The notes under the pieces were generated by a model. The model had not been told where the DNA came from. It ran no database searches and saw only the letters and a program-made list of their open reading frames with translations. The position numbers and the translations under genes were made by a program. A stretch of 64,000 nucleotides of DNA, taken from the NCBI GenBank assembly GCA_963819855.1, contig CAWFYC010000033.1, forward strand, positions 8,326-72,325, written 5' to 3'. Numbering within the stretch: the first letter of the stretch is position 1; every line of letters begins with the position of its first letter. This document shows positions 44,631-53,981 of the stretch, in pieces. Source of the stretch: an uncultured Alphaproteobacteria bacterium. GTDB lineage: Bacteria > Pseudomonadota > Alphaproteobacteria > Acetobacterales > Acetobacteraceae.

Positions 44631-44650
44631 TGCGTATTTGTCAATACGCA
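44631..44650 (-). promoter_or_regulatory. Perfect palindrome tgcgtat-ttgtca-atacgca 15 nt upstream of the first eCIS start codon
   Basis: The 7-nt arms and 6-nt spacer lie in the A+T-richer 140-nt gap preceding the DUF4255 gene. It is a possible operator or 5'-UTR hairpin. Confidence 0.3.
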
Positions 44651-44692
44651 ACATAATCAAACGGACATGAGCGAATCGCACCGTTTTAGTTC

Positions 44693-44716
44693 GGTAACGC
44701 GTAACGGCGCGTTACC
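44693..44716 (-). promoter_or_regulatory. Palindrome ggtaacgcg-taacgg-cgcgttacc in the eCIS upstream gap
   Basis: The 9-nt perfect arms lie about 40 nt downstream of the stop of the 44756-45199 gene on the minus strand. It could be a terminator-like hairpin or a protein-binding site. Confidence 0.3.
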
Positions 44717-44755
44717 AATCATGCAAGCGATTTTGCGGGCAGTATGTGATCCAAT

Positions 44756-45199
44756 TCACAGGTGACGCAGCAACCACCGCAGCAGCACGCGGCGCACGAT
44801 CGCAGCGGCCAACGCCCCAAGTAGAGCAATGCCTGTGGCCACCGCAGTCTGCACGAGCCAATGCTGAAGACTCGCGACTACCTGTCTCGCGATTGCTATG
44901 TACGCAACGGCAGAGATGACGTGCGTGAAGGTCCACATCGCATCGAGTGGCCGCGACGCTGAAGCAAGCCATGCGGACATGATTCGCTGTGCATCACGAA
45001 TCCGTGTTGGCAGCGACTGATCAACCAGGCTGCCGCGATCGACGGACAGCAAAATGTCGGCGTCGGGCTGGATCAACACGCGAGCGGCCGGCGCACCCGC
45101 CGCATCATCGATAACGAACAGGATGCCGCCTTTCAACAGCAGGTCGGCGAGCAGTTGGAGGTCTGCCCTGAATGACGCGGAACTGCCGCGCCGCAGCAC
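44756..45199 (-). CDS. Hypothetical membrane protein (147 aa)
   Basis: The product has a GTG start and two C-terminal hydrophobic segments (VISAVAYIAIARQVV, TAVATGIALLGALAAAIV). It is the third gene of a co-directional trio upstream of the eCIS. Confidence 0.5.
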   Translation of the reverse strand: MLRRGSSASFRADLQLLADLLLKGGILFVIDDAAGAPAARVLIQPDADILLSVDRGSLVDQSLPTRIRDAQRIMSAWLASASRPLDAMWTFTHVISAVAYIAIARQVVASLQHWLVQTAVATGIALLGALAAAIVRRVLLRWLLRHL

Positions 45200-45233
45200 G
45201 GAGCCGGCGCGACGAAAGCGGTCCAGGACGCGG

Positions 45234-46019
45234 CTAAGCGCTTCCCGGGACGGAATCCGGGCCTGGCGGAGTGCTACGAAAAAATCCCTGGAACACCGAG
45301 CCGATCAGTTCGGCGGCAATGCGGAACAGGTTCGTCCATTGGGCGACGGATGCCTCGACCGCCTGGCGATGCAACGCATGCAACGCCTGTTCGGCGTCGG
45401 TCTCCCAACCCGACTGGATGCGATTGAACACATCACCATCGATCAGGACCACCGTCTGCATCGCGATCTCCTCGGTGCCGACTTCCCAGATCTTGCGCAC
45501 CAGCACGACTTCGCCCTGGCTCAGCAGTGGTGCCGGCGTGGCGGCATGAGGTCGAACAAACGAGCCGCCCACGTCGATGCTGGCGGCAACCGGTGCGATG
45601 TCGGCCTGTCCCAGGCCACGATAGATCGCCTTGATCTGCTCGGCGTTGCCGCGGATCCGGTCGAAAATAATCTCCTGGGATCCCCAGTCATGCAACGGCT
45701 GACCGTGCAGTGCCGCGATGCAGCACTGGGCGGCACGGCGCAGCACCTCGAATGTCGCGAGATCAGCTGCCTGCACCTGCCAGTCCTTGAAGTCGATCCG
45801 CGTGCCGTTGCCGGTGATCCGGGGCAGAGCGGCGCTGACATCGATGCCGGCCTGTTGCAGTTCGGTCATGCGGTTGCGCAGGAAACGCTGGTATCGCTGT
45901 GCAATGTTGGCCAGCGCATCGGCAACGCCAGGCATCTTTTCGGCGGTTATGCCGTCGCACAGAATCGTGTTGATCTCGAGATTGAGCAGATTGCGGGCGA
46001 TGTCGCCAAGGGGATCCAT
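45234..46019 (-). CDS. Hypothetical protein (261 aa)
   Basis: The ATG at 46019 lies 14 nt after the upstream stop. The composition is coding-like (MDPLGDIARNLLNLEINTILCDGITAEKMP...). I recognise no family. Confidence 0.55.
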   Translation of the reverse strand: MDPLGDIARNLLNLEINTILCDGITAEKMPGVADALANIAQRYQRFLRNRMTELQQAGIDVSAALPRITGNGTRIDFKDWQVQAADLATFEVLRRAAQCCIAALHGQPLHDWGSQEIIFDRIRGNAEQIKAIYRGLGQADIAPVAASIDVGGSFVRPHAATPAPLLSQGEVVLVRKIWEVGTEEIAMQTVVLIDGDVFNRIQSGWETDAEQALHALHRQAVEASVAQWTNLFRIAAELIGSVFQGFFRSTPPGPDSVPGSA

Positions 46020-46035
46020 CAGTGTAAACGCTCCG

Positions 46036-46461
46036 TCAACGCCGTGGCGGCAGCAGCGAGGCGGCAAGCTTCTGAAGTTCCCCGAGGTTGCCCAGCACGA
46101 TGGCCTGGCTGCGTTCCACCTGAGCCGAATGGAAATCCCGGAAGCTAGCCAGCGGTCCGGTGGCCAGCGAACTGGAGATCACGTTGTTGATCTTGCCGGT
46201 GAGCAGGTTGATCTCGGTCATCATGCCGTCGCCGTCGTCTGGGTTGCGCAGTTTGACCGTGGTGTCGGTGCCTTCGCCGTCGATGTGCACGGGTCCGATG
46301 ACGGTGGTGATCTTCAACAGGAACAGTCCGTTCAGCGCCTGCTCGATCATCTGAAGGAAATTCTGCGCAGTGCTTCCGGGACGTTGCGCGGGCGGAGTTG
46401 GCGCCGGCGTGATGTCGGCCGTGATGACAGCGATGCCGGGTGCGGTGGTCGTCGTTCCCAT
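46036..46461 (-). CDS. Hypothetical protein (141 aa)
   Basis: A strong Shine-Dalgarno sequence (GGAGAGGAAACC) precedes the ATG at 46461. The rest of the 225-aa track ORF is upstream read-through. I recognise no family. Confidence 0.55.
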   Translation of the reverse strand: MGTTTTAPGIAVITADITPAPTPPAQRPGSTAQNFLQMIEQALNGLFLLKITTVIGPVHIDGEGTDTTVKLRNPDDGDGMMTEINLLTGKINNVISSSLATGPLASFRDFHSAQVERSQAIVLGNLGELQKLAASLLPPRR

Positions 46462-46722
46462 GGTTTCCTCTCCTTGTGCGCTATCATAACGACGAAGCGA
46501 GGGCCGTTGCAATTTTCGATGACCGGCAACACGCCGGCGTTGGAGGCTTTCCGCACAGCCCTTGACGGAACGCCGCGGGCGCTGGTCGCCGATGCGATCA
46601 GGGGAGGTCTGAGCATTCAAACGTCTCCGAGCGACGCGTCTTCGTTCAGCGCGGGCGATTATGTGCTGTTGTAGTCGGACAAGAGCGTAAATGCGTAAAT
46701 ACCGGCGAAACACGCCGGCGAG

Positions 46723-47427
46723 GTGAAGCGGATCGTGGCAGTCGACGCAGTCGCCGGAACCCTGACAACAGACGACCAGATCGCAGACACATATACCCAG
46801 ACCGATTCGGCGCGGTTGGCTCGCATTACGATGTTGCAGAACATCGGAATCGCGGATGCCTCGTCACCGACACCGCTCATTTCGACACCCATCAGAGTGG
46901 CGCCGTCATCACCGGCAACATGGTCGCGAACGTGACGGCCGTGGCGGGCAACCAAGCCGGCATGGGGATCTACCTCGGCTCGGCAGGCACGTCCAACCAC
47001 AGCGTCTCCGGCAACAGCGACTGGCCAGTCGCCCGCGGTTGCCATGCGCGGCAGCTCCGACGACTGGCGGATTGTGGCCAACCACATACCTCCCGGAAGC
47101 GGAATGCTGCTGGCGGGTGCGGGTTCGGTAGTGGTGAACAACTTCGGATACAACCCGCTGGGCGTGATCGCCAATCCCTGGCCGTCGAGTGGCACTGATC
47201 TGACCAATCAAACCGTGGCGGGAACCGGGGCACCGATCAGCGGGACGCAGTACTCGGTTCGCCATACGCCGAAGACCATCGTAATGAGCGGAGGCGACGT
47301 CGCGGGGATCCGGATCGACGGCGCGGACGCCGGGTCAAAGGCGGGCGCCTTGAAATTGGGAGTGGGTGAGACAATAGCGATTTTCTACAATACATTGCCT
47401 CCAACCACGGTCGTGTTCGCGGAATAA
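46723..47427 (+). pseudogene. Fragmented beta-helix-like ORF (coding signal split across three frames)
   Basis: Protein-like segments lie in different frames: ...AVITGNMVANVTAVAGNQAGMGIYLGSAGTSNHSVSGN... and ...DDWRIVANHIPPGSGMLLAGAGSVVVNNFGYNPLGVIANPW...GETIAIFYNTLPPTTVVFAE. Only the last piece (47044-47427) has an ATG and a stop. Confidence 0.3.
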
Positions 47428-47563
47428 CGTGGTTGCGGCGTCCGGTTCGTACCAGCGAGGGGCTGGCTGTCGGCAATGTGATCAACCGGTAGGAATGTGA
47501 AGGGCGCATCATTCGCCGCCATCGCCCGGTCGCGGCGCCGTCGTCAACACGTGAGGTCAAGGC

Positions 47564-48382
47564 ATGTCACATCAGCCGACTATGGATCAGCTTGCGATCG
47601 ACACCATGCGGATGCTGGCGGTGGATGCAGTGCAGAAGTCGAGGTCCGGCCATCCGGGAACGCTGATGGACGCCGCACCGGCCGCCTCACCTCGCCGGCA
47701 TCAAGGCGGCGAACCCGAGCTATGAGCAGATCGGGCGCAATGCCGTAACGCTCGACGATATCAAGACCTTCCGGCAGGCAGGCAGCCGATGCCCTGGACA
47801 CCCCGAATATGGCTGGACCTCAGGCATGGAGAGCACCATCGGCCCGCTCGGCCAGGGCGCGGCAACCAGCGTCGGCATGGCGATCGCCAGGCAGTGGGTG
47901 AGCGCGACCTACAACGTACAGGCTTCGATCTGTTTGACTTCGATGTCTCCCCCCTGTGCGGCGACGGCGGCATGATGGAAGACATTGCCAGCGAGGCCGC
48001 CTCGCTGGCCGACTACCCGCGTCTGGCCAATCTGTGTCGGATTTATGACAGCAACCGCGAGAGCATCGAGGGTGACGCCGACATCGCGTTCACCGAAGGC
48101 TTTGCGGCGCGCGTTGTCGGCATGCCGTCACGGGAGCTGTTCGAAGAGCAGCAGGCTGGGTATCGTGACAGTGTTATGCCGCCTGCGGCGACCGCGCGGG
48201 TGACGGTGGAGGAAGGCTCGACGCTTGGCTGGCAGCGCTTCGCCGGCTCCGCAGGTGTGGTGCTGGGCATGCACACCTTCGGCATGTTGGCGCCGGTCAA
48301 GGTGGTGGCCGAGCACTTGGCTTCACCGCGGACGGTGTCGTCGCTGCCGCCAGACAGGCGATGGCGCCGCGGTCAGGCTTAG
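47564..48382 (+). pseudogene. tkt: Transketolase pseudogene (multiple frameshifts and large internal deletions)
   Basis: Recognisable Tkt blocks lie in shifting frames: [27 protein letters not shown]; TLDDIKTFRQAGSRCPGHPEY.WTSGMESTIGPLGQGAATSVGMAIA; FDFDVSPLCGDGGMMEDIASEAASLA...NLCRIYDSNRESIEGD; MPSRELFEEQQAGYRDSVMPPAATARVTVEEGSTLGW...GMHTFGMLAP. Only about 270 of the roughly 660-700 expected residues remain. Confidence 0.75.
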
Positions 48383-48398
48383 GGCGGTCAGGCTTAGG
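48369..48398 (+). repeat. Perfect 15-nt tandem duplication (gcggtcaggcttagg x2)
   Basis: Copies at 48369-48383 and 48384-48398 lie at the junction between the tkt remnant and the HAD gene. Confidence 0.9.
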
Positions 48399-48411
48399 AA
48401 GGAGCGGAACG

Positions 48412-49077
48412 ATGCACGACATTGTCTTCCTGTTCGACGTCGACAACACGTTGCTCAACAACGACCGCGTGCAGGCCGATCTGGATGTGCACATCGGCAT
48501 CGAGCACGGCACCGCCGCACGCAACCGGTACTGGGAGATCTTCGAAGCGCTGCGTAGCGAACTCGGCTACGCGGACTACCTGGGCGCGCTCGAACGCTAC
48601 CGACTGGAGGACCTGCACGATCCGCGGCTGCTGCGCATCTCCAACTGGCTGGTGGACTATCCGTTCGCCGATCGGCTGTACAGCGGCGCGCTGGATGCGG
48701 TGAAGCGTGCGCAACAGTGGGCGCCGGTGGTCATCCTGTCCGATGGCGATGCGGTGTTCCAGCCGCGCAAGGTGGATCGCTCCGGCCTGTGGCGGGCATT
48801 TGACGGCCATGTGCTGATCTTCATCCACAAGGAAGAGCAACTGGACGACGTCGAGCGGCTGTATCCCGCCAAGCAGTACGTGATGATCGACGACAAGCTG
48901 CGCATCCTCGACAGCATGAAGAAGATCTGGGGCGAGCGGCTAACCACGGTGTTTCCGCAGCAGGGTCACTACGCCACCGATCCGGAGATACTGGCACAGT
49001 ATCCGCACGGCGATGTCCAGCTCGCCCACATCGGCGACCTGGTCAAATACGAACTCGCCGATCTGGTACAGCGATAG
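48412..49077 (+). CDS. HAD-superfamily hydrolase
   Basis: Motif I is FLFDVDNTLL directly after the ATG at 48412. Later SDGD and IDDK motifs are present. A GGAAGGAG Shine-Dalgarno sequence lies upstream. Confidence 0.8.
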   Translation: MHDIVFLFDVDNTLLNNDRVQADLDVHIGIEHGTAARNRYWEIFEALRSELGYADYLGALERYRLEDLHDPRLLRISNWLVDYPFADRLYSGALDAVKRAQQWAPVVILSDGDAVFQPRKVDRSGLWRAFDGHVLIFIHKEEQLDDVERLYPAKQYVMIDDKLRILDSMKKIWGERLTTVFPQQGHYATDPEILAQYPHGDVQLAHIGDLVKYELADLVQR

Positions 49078-49092
49078 CAAGGGAGACGAGCA

Positions 49093-50169
49093 GTGAAAGC
49101 AACACAGAAGGCGCACGCGCTGGGCCAGAGCCTGTGGCTCGACAACATCACCCGCGATCTGCTGACCAGCGGCACCTTGCAGCGCTATATCGACGAGTTG
49201 TCGGTGACCGGGCTGACCTCGAACCCGACCATCTTCGATCACGCCGTGGCGCACAGCCATTCGTACGATGACGACATCAGGCAGTTGGTCGCGGCGGGGA
49301 AATCGGATGAGGCGTTGTTCTTCGAGCTGGCAATTGCCGATCTCACCAAGGCCGCCGATCTGTTCGCGCCGATCCATCAGCGGACCGCTGGTGTGGACGG
49401 GTTCGTCTCGCTCGAGGTGTCGCCTCTGCTGGCGCATGACACGGCCAGGACCGTGGCCGAGGCGCGAGCGCTGCACGGCAAGGCCAATCGGGCGAACCTG
49501 TTCATCAAGATTCCTGGCACCATCGAGGGACTGCCCGCGATCGAAGAAGCGATCTATTCGGGCGTGCCGGTGAACGTCACACTGCTGTTCTCGCGCGATG
49601 ACTATGTCAGAGCCGCGGATGCCTACATGCGCGGACTGGAACGACGCGTCGCGGCAGGCCGCAGCCCGGATGTGCGCTCGGTGGCGTCACTGTTCGTCAG
49701 TCGCTGGGACAGGGCGACGATGGACAAGCTGCCCGGCGAGCTGCGGGATCGGCTCGGCATTGCGGTCTCGCAGCAGGCCTACAAGGCGTATCGCGATCTG
49801 CTCGAATCGGACCGGTGGCAGCGCCTGGAAGGACAGGGGGCACGGCCGCAGCGCCTGCTGTTCGCCAGCACCAGCAACAAGGATCCGCAGGCTTCCGACG
49901 TACTCTACATGGGCGCGCTTGCGGCACCGAACACGGTCAACACGGTACCGGAGGAGACGTTGCTCGCCTTCGCCGGTCACGGCGTGGTCGATCAGCCGAT
50001 GCGTCGGGATGGCGATGACTGCGAGCAGGTGCTGGCGAGCGTCGCCCGCGCCGGAATCGACGTCGCTGCGCTCGCCAGGCAGTTGCAGGACGACGGCGCT
50101 AAGGGGTTTGTCGAGTCCTGGAAGGAATTGCTCGGCGCGATTGAGGCGAAGAGCAAGGCAGTAGGCTGA
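49093..50169 (+). CDS. tal: Transaldolase
   Basis: The gene has a GTG start. The product carries GQSLWLDNITRDLLTSGTLQRYIDELSVTGLTSNPTIF and FIKIPGT (active-site Lys region) and is 358 aa. Confidence 0.9.
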   Translation: MKATQKAHALGQSLWLDNITRDLLTSGTLQRYIDELSVTGLTSNPTIFDHAVAHSHSYDDDIRQLVAAGKSDEALFFELAIADLTKAADLFAPIHQRTAGVDGFVSLEVSPLLAHDTARTVAEARALHGKANRANLFIKIPGTIEGLPAIEEAIYSGVPVNVTLLFSRDDYVRAADAYMRGLERRVAAGRSPDVRSVASLFVSRWDRATMDKLPGELRDRLGIAVSQQAYKAYRDLLESDRWQRLEGQGARPQRLLFASTSNKDPQASDVLYMGALAAPNTVNTVPEETLLAFAGHGVVDQPMRRDGDDCEQVLASVARAGIDVAALARQLQDDGAKGFVESWKELLGAIEAKSKAVG

Positions 50170-50171
50170 CA

Positions 50172-50570
50172 ATGGCCGCAGACGGACTGACCACGGTACG
50201 GAGCAACTACGGGCCGACGGAAACGATGAACAGGCTCGAAGCAGAAGTCGGCGCAAAGGGCATGACGGTATTCGCGCGTATCGATCATGCAGCGGGCGCG
50301 ATAGCGGTCGGACTGCCGCTGCGGCCAACCGACCTGCTGATCTTCGGCAATGCCAAGGGCGGCACGCCACTGATGCAGGCGGATCAGACGATCGGCATCG
50401 ACCTGCCGCTGAAGGCACTGGTCTGGCAGGATGCGTCGGGCAGCACGTGGCTTTCCTACAATGATCCCGGTTGGCTCGCGAAACGGCACGGGCTGGGTCA
50501 TCAAACCGATGCGGTGGTCGGCGCGTTGGCTGCCGCGCTCAATGCGCTGGCGACTGCGGCCTCCACGTAG
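50172..50570 (+). CDS. DUF302 domain protein
   Basis: The product is 132 aa, and FARIDHAAGA...LLIFGNAKGGTPLMQ...GIDLPLKALVWQD follows the DUF302 pattern. Confidence 0.75.
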   Translation: MAADGLTTVRSNYGPTETMNRLEAEVGAKGMTVFARIDHAAGAIAVGLPLRPTDLLIFGNAKGGTPLMQADQTIGIDLPLKALVWQDASGSTWLSYNDPGWLAKRHGLGHQTDAVVGALAAALNALATAAST

Positions 50571-50657
50571 GGACGCCCCAGCTCCTTGCTGCATCGCACA
50601 ATCCGCCGCAGAATGATCGGACGCTGCCTCCACACCTGAACCAGCAAAGCCGATCAT

Positions 50658-53600
50658 ATGCCGCTCTCCGTCGCGCTGACCCACTGCACGACGTATCGCT
50701 ACGATCGTGCGGTCACCCTCGGGCCGCAGACGATCCGTCTGCGGCCGGCGCCACACGCACGGACACCGGTCCTGTCGTATGCGCTGCGAGTTCGAGCCGC
50801 AACCGCATTTCATCAACTGGCAGCAGGATCCGCAGGGCAACCACCTTGCCCGCGTGGTGTTCCCCGAGCGCGTCACGCATTTCGACGTCACGGTCGATCT
50901 GGTGGCCGACATGGTGACGATAAACCCGTTCGACTTCTTCCTGGAGCCGGACGCTGAGTCCTGGCCGTTCGGCTATGACCCGCTGCTCGAGCAGGAGCTC
51001 GCACCGTTCCGCCGTCTGGCGCCGATCGGGCCGAAGCTGCAAGCGCTGCTCGACAAGGTGGCGCGCGGCGAACAGCGCACGGTTGACATGCTGGTCGCGC
51101 TCAACCGCCTCGTGCAGAGCCATGTCGCCTACATCGTCCGCATGGAGCCGGGCGTGTGGACGCCGGAGGAGACTCTGGCGGCAGGCCAAGGCTCTTGCCG
51201 CGATTCCGCCTGGCTGCTGGTGCAGTTGCTGCGTCAGCTTGGCTACGCCGCGCGCTTCGTGTCGGGCTACCTGATCCAGCTCGTAGGTGACGTGAAACCG
51301 TTGGAAGGACCGGAAGGCCCGACTTCGGACTTCACCGACCTGCATGCCTGGGCGGAGGCATATCTGCCGGGTGCCGGCTGGGTGGGCATGGATGCGACTT
51401 CCGGCCTGCTGACCGGCGAGGGGCACATTCCGCTCGCCGCCACGCCCGATCCGCAATCCGCCGCCGCGATTACCGGAGCGGTAGAAAAATGCGAGACCGA
51501 ATTCGGCTTCGACATGCGGCTGACGCGCGTGCGGGAGACGCCGCGTGTCACCAAGCCGTATAGCGAGATGCAATGGCAGGACATCCTGGCGATGGGTGCC
51601 GCAGTGGATCGGGCACTCGCGGCGGGCAATGTCCGGCTCACCATGGGCGGCGAGCCTACCTTCGTCGCCGCCGCCGACTTCGACGAACCCGAATGGAACA
51701 CCGATGCGCTTGGCCCGACCAAGCAGCGCCTGGCCGAGAAGCTGATGCGGCGGCTGCGCGAGCGCTGGGCGCCGGGGTCCGCATTGCAGAACGTTTCCGG
51801 CAAACACTATCCAGGCGAGCAACTGCCGCGCTGGGCGTTCTATGCGCATTGGCGCAAGGATGGCGAGCCGGTATGGCGCGATCCGGCTCTGCTGGCATCG
51901 GCGGAAGACACCGATACCGCGACCGCGGCAGACGCGCACCGGTTCTGCGCCGCATTGGCGGAGCGATTGCAGGTCGACCCGTCGCTGGTCAATGCGGCCT
52001 ATGAGGACGTGCATTACTACCTCTGGCGCGAGCATCGCCTGCCGGCCAACGTGCTGGTCGAGGCCGCGAAACTTGGCGATCCGATGGAGCGGGGGCGGCT
52101 GGCGCGGGTGTTCGGCCACGGGCTCGCCTCACCGGTCGGCTCCGTCCTGCCACTGCGCCGGGCGATCCGCGACGGCGTGCGGGTGTGGCAGAGCGGCAGA
52201 TGGTACTTTCGTGGCGGCGCACTGTTCCTGCTGCCCGGTGATTCGCAGATCGGCTATCGGCTGCCGCTGGAGAGCCTGCCGTGGGAAGATCCTGACCGGA
52301 TCGAGCACGAGATCGAACCTGATCCGTTCACACCGCGCGCGCCCCTGCCGCCGCGCCAGGCTTTCGATCATACCGCATCGCCCATGGGTGCCGGCGCCGA
52401 GGGGTTCCGCCCGATCGCGCAGGAACTTCCAGTCATGGGCAGTGACGAACCCGATCTGGTCCGCACCGCACTTTGCGTCGAGCCGCGCGACGGGACGATC
52501 CACGTGTTCTTCCCGCCGCTGTACGCGGCCGAGGACTGGCTGATGCTGGTCGCCGCGGTGGAGGACACCGCCGAGGAACTGGAACGCAAGGTGGTGCTGG
52601 AAGGTTACCTGCCGCCGCGCGATCCCGGTCTGCTGCACTTCTCGGTCACTCCAGATCCCGGAGTGATCGAGGTCAACGTGCATCCGGCGTCGAGCTGGAA
52701 CGAGATCGTGCAGCGCGGCGAGCAGCTGTACGAGGACGCGCGCCAGGTCGGCCTGGCGACGGAAAAGTTCATGCTCGACGGCCGCCATGTCGGCACCGGG
52801 GGCGGCAACCACGTGGTGATGGGCGCCGCCGAACCCGCGGACAGTCCGTTCCTGCGCCGTCCCGATCTGCTGAAGTCGCTGCTCGGCTTCTGGCACAACC
52901 ATCCAAGCCTCTCGTACCTGTTCAGCGGGCTGTTCATCGGGCCGTCCAGCCAGCATCCGCGCATCGACGAGGCGCGGCAGGATAGCCTGGTCGAACTGGA
53001 GATCGCGTTCTCGCAGGTCAAACCCGGCGAGGAGGTGGCGCCCTGGCTGGTCGATCGGATGTTCCGTCACCTGCTCGCTGACATGACCGGCAACACCCAT
53101 CGCACCGAGTTCTGCATCGACAAGCTGTACGCGCCGGAAACCGCGACCGGTCGCCTCGGTCTGGTCGAATGCCGCGCGCTGGAAATGCCGCCGCATGCGC
53201 GCATGTCGGCGGCGCAGCTCCTGCTGATGCGCGCCGCCGTGGCGGCGTTCTGGCGCACACCGTACGACCGGCGTCTGGTGCACTGGGGTACCCGCATCCA
53301 CGACGACTTTCTGCTGCCGCACTACGTCGCGCAGGATTTCGCCGACGTTCTGCAGGAGTTGCGCCAGCACGGCTACCGCTTCGATCGCGCCTGGTTCGAT
53401 CCGCATTTTGAGTTCCGGTTCCCGCGCATCGGCGAGGTCACGGTCCGCGGCATCACGCTTGAGCTGAGGCACGCGCTGGAGCCGTGGCACGTGCTGGGTG
53501 AGGAACCGGCCGGCGGCGCCACGGCACGGTTCGTCGACAGTTCCGTGGAACGCGTCCAGGTGCTGGCGTCCGGCTGGGTGGACGAACGCTTCGTGCTGGC

Positions 53601-53964
53601 CTGCAACGGCAGCGCGGTGCCGCTGACGCCGACCGAACGCGTCGGCGAACACGTCGGCGGCGTGCGTTTCAAGGCGTGGCAGCCGCCGGTGAGCGCGCTG
53701 CACCCGACCATACCGGCGCAGACACCTCTGGTGTTCGACATCTACGACCGCTGGACCGGGCGCAGCCTGGGCGGACTGTCGCACCACGTGTCGCATCCCG
53801 GCGGGCTGAGCTATGAGCACTTCCCGGTCAACGCGAACGAGGCGGAGGCGCGGCGGCGTTCGCGCTTCTTCCCGTTCGGCCACACCCCGGGACCGATGGT
53901 GGAGCCGGTGGTGTCGCGCTCGCGCGAGCATCCGCGCACGCTGGACTTGCGCCGGTTCGGTTGA
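50658..53964 (+). CDS. Large transglutaminase-family protein (N-terminal transglutaminase-like domain, Cys-protease-like core, DUF2126-type C-region) with an apparent 1-nt frameshift near 50790
   Basis: The N-terminal 45 aa ([45 protein letters not shown]) lie in one frame. The rest ([25 protein letters not shown]...[29 protein letters not shown]...) lies in the next frame. If the shift is real, the intact ORF starts at 50707 or 50779. Confidence 0.8.
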
Positions 53965-53981
53965 CTGGTCAGCCTTTGGCC

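Noticed and set aside
44631-44650. TTGACA at the centre of the palindrome (minus strand) as the -35 box of the eCIS promoter
   Set aside because: With 16-17 nt spacing the -10 hexamer would fall on or overlap the GTG start codon and would match TATAAT poorly (agttat/gttatg). The geometry does not fit a promoter for this gene, so I kept it only as a possible operator or hairpin.
45718-46674. Plus-strand 318-aa ORF overlapping the three-gene trio upstream of the eCIS
   Set aside because: It has no ribosome-binding site or motif and overlaps two minus-strand genes that have good Shine-Dalgarno sequences and tight spacing. I judged it an antisense artefact, with only moderate certainty because the minus-strand genes themselves have no known family.
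48369-48398. Tandem 15-nt repeat considered as a possible CRISPR or minisatellite array
   Set aside because: There are only two contiguous copies with no spacers and no cas genes. It is a simple duplication.
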